A DNA stretch of 22,714 nucleotides from Peribolospora baueri (Eukaryota). This document shows positions 20,401-22,714 of this stretch, piece after piece. Location of the stretch: assembly GCA_029717555.1 (NCBI GenBank), contig JAMDHS010000057.1, positions 124,001 through 146,714 on the forward strand. The letters are read 5' to 3'. The first letter of the stretch is position 1, and each line of letters starts with the position of its first letter. The position numbers and the translations under genes were made by a program. Below the pieces are notes generated by a model. That model worked only from the letters and a program-made list of their open reading frames with translations. It was not told where the DNA came from and made no database searches.

Positions 20401-21127
20401 CGAGTAGCTCGCCGACAGCGAGGGAGCCCGAGTTGTTCTTCATGGCAGAAAAGGTGGAGAAGACGTCCGGGGAGCCATTTCCGAAAGCGAGAAAAGTCAC
20501 TCCGGCCTGGGGACAGGGACAAGCGAAGGCGATCAGCGAGGCTCCGAACTGGGCAGAGCCAGATCTGCCACCTTTCTGTAGGCCAGCAAGACAACTCACG
20601 ACGCTCTCGGTCAGACCCAAGCGACTGGCGAGGGTGCTCAAGTTGGGACAGAAGAAGTCGCTAGCCACGAGGCCGACCCAAGAGAAGAGGAGGAGCATCC
20701 AAGCGATGATGCCGGCGAGCGCGAAGGGGCGGGCGGCCTTGGGAGAGCAGTAGAAGAGCGGGAGGTAATCGACGTGTCCGGAGGGCGGGCAGTGCTCTTT
20801 AACGTACGCACAAAGGTCCACATCGGGGTCGGAGGGGAGGGTGGTGCAGGACGATTTGTCGTCGTCGCGGTCGTTGCCATCGTTGCGGTCATCAGGGCCA
20901 TCTTGGACGAAGTGGGTGTGGAGGGAGCGTCGCTGACTCTGCGTCCGAAGGCTATCCAAGCGGGGCCCAGACCGAGGAGCCAAGCTTTGAGCACCGGCAT
21001 ACGAAGGCTGAGCGCGTTTACCAATGGTGGCCAACTCAAAGCGGCTCGCAGCGCGCCAGCCGAGGATATGGAGGCAGACGACGAGGGTGAGGAGCAGCCA
21101 CGCGTCCCTGCGCCTCGACGTGGTCAT
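17454..21127 (-). CDS. Cation/Ca2+ exchanger of the CCX (NCLX/NCKX6, yeast Ecm27/YDL206W-like) family, ~1113 aa. Exons 21127-20600, 20506-20089, 20024-18264, 18165-17960, 17882-17454
   Basis: N-terminal hydrophobic signal, a Cys-containing luminal segment (CAYVKEHC...DYLPLFYC), alpha-1 repeat (DFFCPNL...AGVTFLAFGNGSPDVFSTF), alpha-2 repeat (LGLTIFAMGNSLGDFVAN...MAISACFGGPMLNILLGIG), and a large acidic/low-complexity central loop containing LTLPVV. Four introns have consistent phases. Confidence 0.93.
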
Positions 21128-22420
21128 GCCGGGCAACCCTACGAAGAGGAGAGGGCAGGAAGGAGCTCGGTGGTCGTGATGGCGGTGCTGGGGTAGCGCT
21201 GGGGCGATCGGGATCCATCGAAGGTGGTGTGAGATGGTGGTTCAGACAGTGACAAATGCCGAAAAGGAGGCATGCCTTGGTCCAGGGACACCCGGGAATT
21301 GGGGGTCACGTGCAGCCGATCGGAGTAGGGTTGGCGGCACTGGGCGGCCGTCATTGTCCCACCCGCCGCTTCTTGCGTCTAGCTCATAACGTCTCCTTCA
21401 CCTCTTTCTTCGTGACAGGTGCCCTCGGCCGGGCTGGTGTCGAAGTCGCTCGCTGGGCACGCACATTTCCGAGGTGGACTTGCGCTGACTGTTTAATGAG
21501 GACGATGCGCGTGTCACGGTGCAACTCAGAAGCAGCGTATGCGTTCAGCACGTCAACGTCGACATCGAGCGGTTTTCCTCTATCGTCAGACTCGGCATCC
21601 GTTGGGCTGTGATCTGGACGAGAGGACGTAAATGGTCGACCTCAAACAAAAAGATTAGAGGGCACCAGAAACCCGAAGTGAAGCATGTTATTTAATACGA
21701 TGATCCACGGTTGGCAGGTTGGCAGACGGGACCGTCGAGCACTGGGTTAGGCGATGGTCCTCGAATGGAAGGAGGCCCTGGAAGGAGGCCCCTACGCACG
21801 AAGATGCACATACAGACGCTCTGGGGTGAAAGAAGAGAGAGCAAAGCCCACACACAGCCTTGCCAATCACAGCTGCGCACCAACTCCCACAACCCTGCTT
21901 GGCGAGAAGCATTGGGTACTCGTGCGGGGGAGCGATGTACGACCTCCAGCTCACCGGACTCACCTCGTCCAACCACATCGAGCGTCCCCATTCGAGACGA
22001 CCGGTGGCAATATGCAAGGCACTGACTGACCCCGCAATTGCGCGTCGCGAGCGTCTTCTGTCGTCGGTCCCTGCGGCAGGTAATTAAGTTCCGCGTGGAC
22101 GCAGGTCGGCTGAAACAGAAGCCTTCTTCGATGCCACCACCGGAGACATGCAAGCCCCCGAATTTGCAATCGTCCGCCGTTCTCCCCGCCTCAATGACCG
22201 CAGCCTTGCGCTTTCCCCGGACAAGTTCGATGGGCCCCACTGAAACCACTGCCCGAACGTGCGGATCCTCCAAGGTGGACTACCAACCTAGCGTTGCATC
22301 TGGTGCGCCTGGCCTGCGCGGGTCGTTCCTCGTTATGCCCACAAAAAAGCATAAGAAGGGGGCGGCTCGGCGCCCGTCCTTTCCGCACACTTCCCCGTCT
22401 TCCTTCCTTTCACCGTCACC

Positions 22421-22646
22421 ATGCCTTCGCGGTCCAAATTCGTTCGCTTGGCTGCCACATGGCTAGCCGCTGCCTCGGCGCTGTCGCTTTCGCTCTCGCC
22501 CGTCGCCCAAGCGGCGTCTTGCACCAACTACACCCTTGACACCGTCGTGCCTTGGTCGGCGATGGGAAAGAACAGCACGAGCGTCGATCAGTCGACGATC
22601 ATGAACGGCACCTATTATCTTGCCGACCGTGTCAACAAGGCTGTCC
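22421..22646 (+). CDS. First exon of a secreted protein, possibly a YncE/YVTN-like beta-propeller; continues beyond the window
   Basis: ATG in good context (caccATG), a signal peptide ending VAQA|A, N-glycosylation sequons (NYT, NST, NGT), the segment VDQSTIMNGTYYLADRVNKAV, and then a GTGAGT donor at 22647. The domain call is from recalled motif resemblance only. Confidence 0.65.
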
Positions 22647-22714
22647 GTGAGTCCTTGTTCGTCACCCTCCCCCGTGTCGCCTTGGCATGATGGCGTCGAG
22701 TTTGGGAAAAAAAA

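Noticed and set aside
21692..22273. 193-aa minus-strand ORF and overlapping ORFs in the CCX / secreted-protein intergenic region
   Set aside because: Non-ATG start, no recognisable motif and no convincing splice pattern. Such ORFs are expected by chance at this GC content.

Overview
GC-rich, intron-rich eukaryotic DNA of a fungus, most likely a basidiomycete (GTGAGT/GTGCGY donors, 64-205 nt introns, PRIB-type transcription factor). By joining exons by hand I can reconstruct seven protein-coding genes with consistent reading frames and 30 complete introns: (1) a PRIB-like Zn(II)2Cys6 transcription factor (- strand, runs off the left edge); (2) a single-pass membrane protein with a DUF4097/adhesin-like repetitive beta-solenoid domain (+); (3) a TMEM184/OST-alpha (Hfl1-like) membrane protein with a ~1000-aa disordered tail (-); (4) the 3-ketodihydrosphingosine reductase TSC10 (+); (5) the MYG1 exonuclease (+); (6) a CCX/NCLX-type cation/Ca2+ exchanger (-); (7) the first exon of a secreted, probably beta-propeller protein (+, runs off the right edge). 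I found no transposase, tRNA, rRNA or CRISPR. Most ORFs in the supplied track are antisense or shifted-frame shadows of these GC-rich exons. I cannot support a clearly new multi-gene system. The best leads are a highly structured intron in gene 2, an AT-rich island followed by a possible spliced orphan gene or uORF upstream of TSC10, dual start codons in TSC10 and MYG1, a C-terminal AIM/LIR-like motif on the TMEM184 protein, and a bacterial-like motif in the secreted protein.
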